DNA of 64,000 nucleotides, from assembly GCF_963921235.1 (NCBI RefSeq), contig NC_086108.1, positions 5,208,001 to 5,272,000 of the forward strand, read 5' to 3'. A model generated the notes under the pieces. It ran no database searches. It was given only the letters and a program-made list of their open reading frames with translations, and was not told the DNA's origin. The position numbers and the translations under genes are program-made. The stretch comes from Mobula hypostoma (Eukaryota). This document shows positions 62,386 to 64,000 of this stretch, one piece after another (position 1 is the first letter of the stretch; the number at the start of each line of letters is the position of its first letter).

Positions 62386-63512
62386 CAGTGGCATGCAAAA
62401 GTTTGGGCACCCCGGTCAAAATTTCTGTTACTGTGAATAGCTAAGTGAATAGAAGATGAACTGATCTCCAAAAGTCATAAAGTTAAAGATGAAACATTCT
62501 TTTCAACATTTTAAGCAAAACCCCCGTTTGACTGCAAGAGAACTTCAGGAAGATTTAGCAGACTCTGGAGTGGTGGTGCACTGTTCTACTGTGCAGCGAC
62601 ACCTGCACAAATATGACCTTCATGGAAGAGTCATCAGAAGAAAACCTTTCCTGTGTCCCCACCACAAAATTCAGCGTCAGAAGTTTGCAAAGGAACATCT
62701 AAACAACCTGATGCATTTTGGAAACAAGTCCTGTGGACTGATGAAGTTAAAATAGAACTTTTTGGCCGCAATGAGCAAAGATATGTTTGGAGAAAAAAGG
62801 GTGCAGAATTTCATGAAAAGAACACCTCTCCAACTGTTAAGCATGGGGGTGGATCGATCATGCTTTGGGCTTGTGTTGCAGCCAATGGCACGGGGAACAT
62901 TTCACTGGTAGAGGGAAGAATGAATTCAATTAAATACCAGCAAATTCTGGAAGCAAACATCACACCGTCTGTAAAAAAGCCAAAGATGAAAAGAGGATGG
63001 CTTCTACTACTGGATAATGATTCTAAACACACCTCAAAATCCACAATGGACTACCTCAAGAGGCGCAAGCTGAAGGTTTTGCCATGGCCTCACAGTCCCC
63101 TGACCTAAACATCATCGAGAATCTGTGGATAGACCTCAAAAGAGCAGTGCATGCAAGACCGCCCAAGAATCTCACAGAACTAGAAGCCTTTTGCAAGGAA
63201 TAATGGGCATAAATCTCCCAAACAAGAATTGAAAGACTCTACAGAAAGCATTTACAAGCCGTGATACTTGCCAAAGGGGGTGTTACTAGGTACTGACCAT
63301 GCAGGGTGCCCAAACTTTTGCTTCGGGCCCTTTTCCTTTCTTGTTATTTTGAAACTGTAAAAGAAATAAAAAAGTAATCTTGCTTAAAATATTAAAGAAA
63401 TGTATCATCTTTAACTGTATGCCTTTTGCAAATCAGGTCATCTTTTACTCGTTTAGCTATTCACAGTAACAGAGATTTTGACCAGGGGTGCCCAAACTTT
63501 TGCATGCCTCTG
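62386..63512 (+). mobile_element. Tc1-like (IR/DR-type) transposon, internally deleted, with both ends and TA TSD
   Basis: TA|cagtggcatgcaaaagtttgggcacccc ... ggggtgcccaaacttttgcatgcctctg|TA. Inner direct repeat gggtgcccaaacttttgc at ~63304. WKQVLWTDEVKIELFG..TVKHGGG present; frameshifted and missing the N-terminus. Confidence 0.95.
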
Positions 63513-64000
63513 TACGTCCTGAAATTCGTACTCTTCACAGACATCCATGGAACAAGAAACCCCAAAGAATGAGTGGTAGAAACAACAGGTTTAATGTCAC
63601 TGTTGTAAAATGTGTTGTCTTGTAGCAGCAGTACATTGCAATACCTAATAATAAAAAATATTTATTACAATAAAAAATAAAAATTAAATTAAGTAGTACA
63701 AAAAGAAAGAAAAAGTAGTTCAATGTCCATTCAGAGATCGGATGGCAGAGTCCCTGAATCATTGCATGTGTGTCTTCAGGCTCCTGTACCTCCGTCCTGA
63801 TGGAGGCAATGAGAAGAGGGCATGACCTGGGCAGTGGGGTCCTCAACGATGCACACTGCCTTCTTCAAGCATGGTCTTTTGAAGATGCCAGGGAGGCTGT
63901 TGCCCATGGTGGAGTTGGCCGAGTTTCCCACTTGCTGCGGTTTTTCCCGATCCTGTGCCGTAGCCCCAGATGGTGAAGTGACTGGTTAGAATGTGCTCCA

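Overview
Vertebrate genomic DNA. The repeat content (CR1 LINEs, V-SINE-type tRNA SINEs, Penelope-like elements, Rex/Babar, RTE, Tc1) suggests a cartilaginous fish, probably a ray; this is inference. The only host coding sequence I can support is coding exon 1 of a mixed-lineage kinase, most likely MAP3K10/MLK2 (SH3 domain plus kinase N-terminal half, 9239-9944, +). It sits behind a CpG-rich promoter with an inverted pair of ZNF143-type motifs. I did not find exon 2, so everything downstream is probably a >54 kb, TE-saturated intron 1. I see no convincing new gene system. The most interesting structure is non-coding: (i) Penelope-like elements carrying minimal hammerhead ribozyme motifs, inserted as TSD-flanked inverted copies, two of which break inside the ribozyme; (ii) a TA-flanked composite element bounded by two mini Tc1-type palindromes; (iii) several tandem arrays that arose from TE fragments, including a 5.1 kb CR1-derived 61-bp array with higher-order periodicity. 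All family assignments were made by eye and from recalled consensus motifs, not from database searches. TE boundaries are approximate unless a TSD is given.
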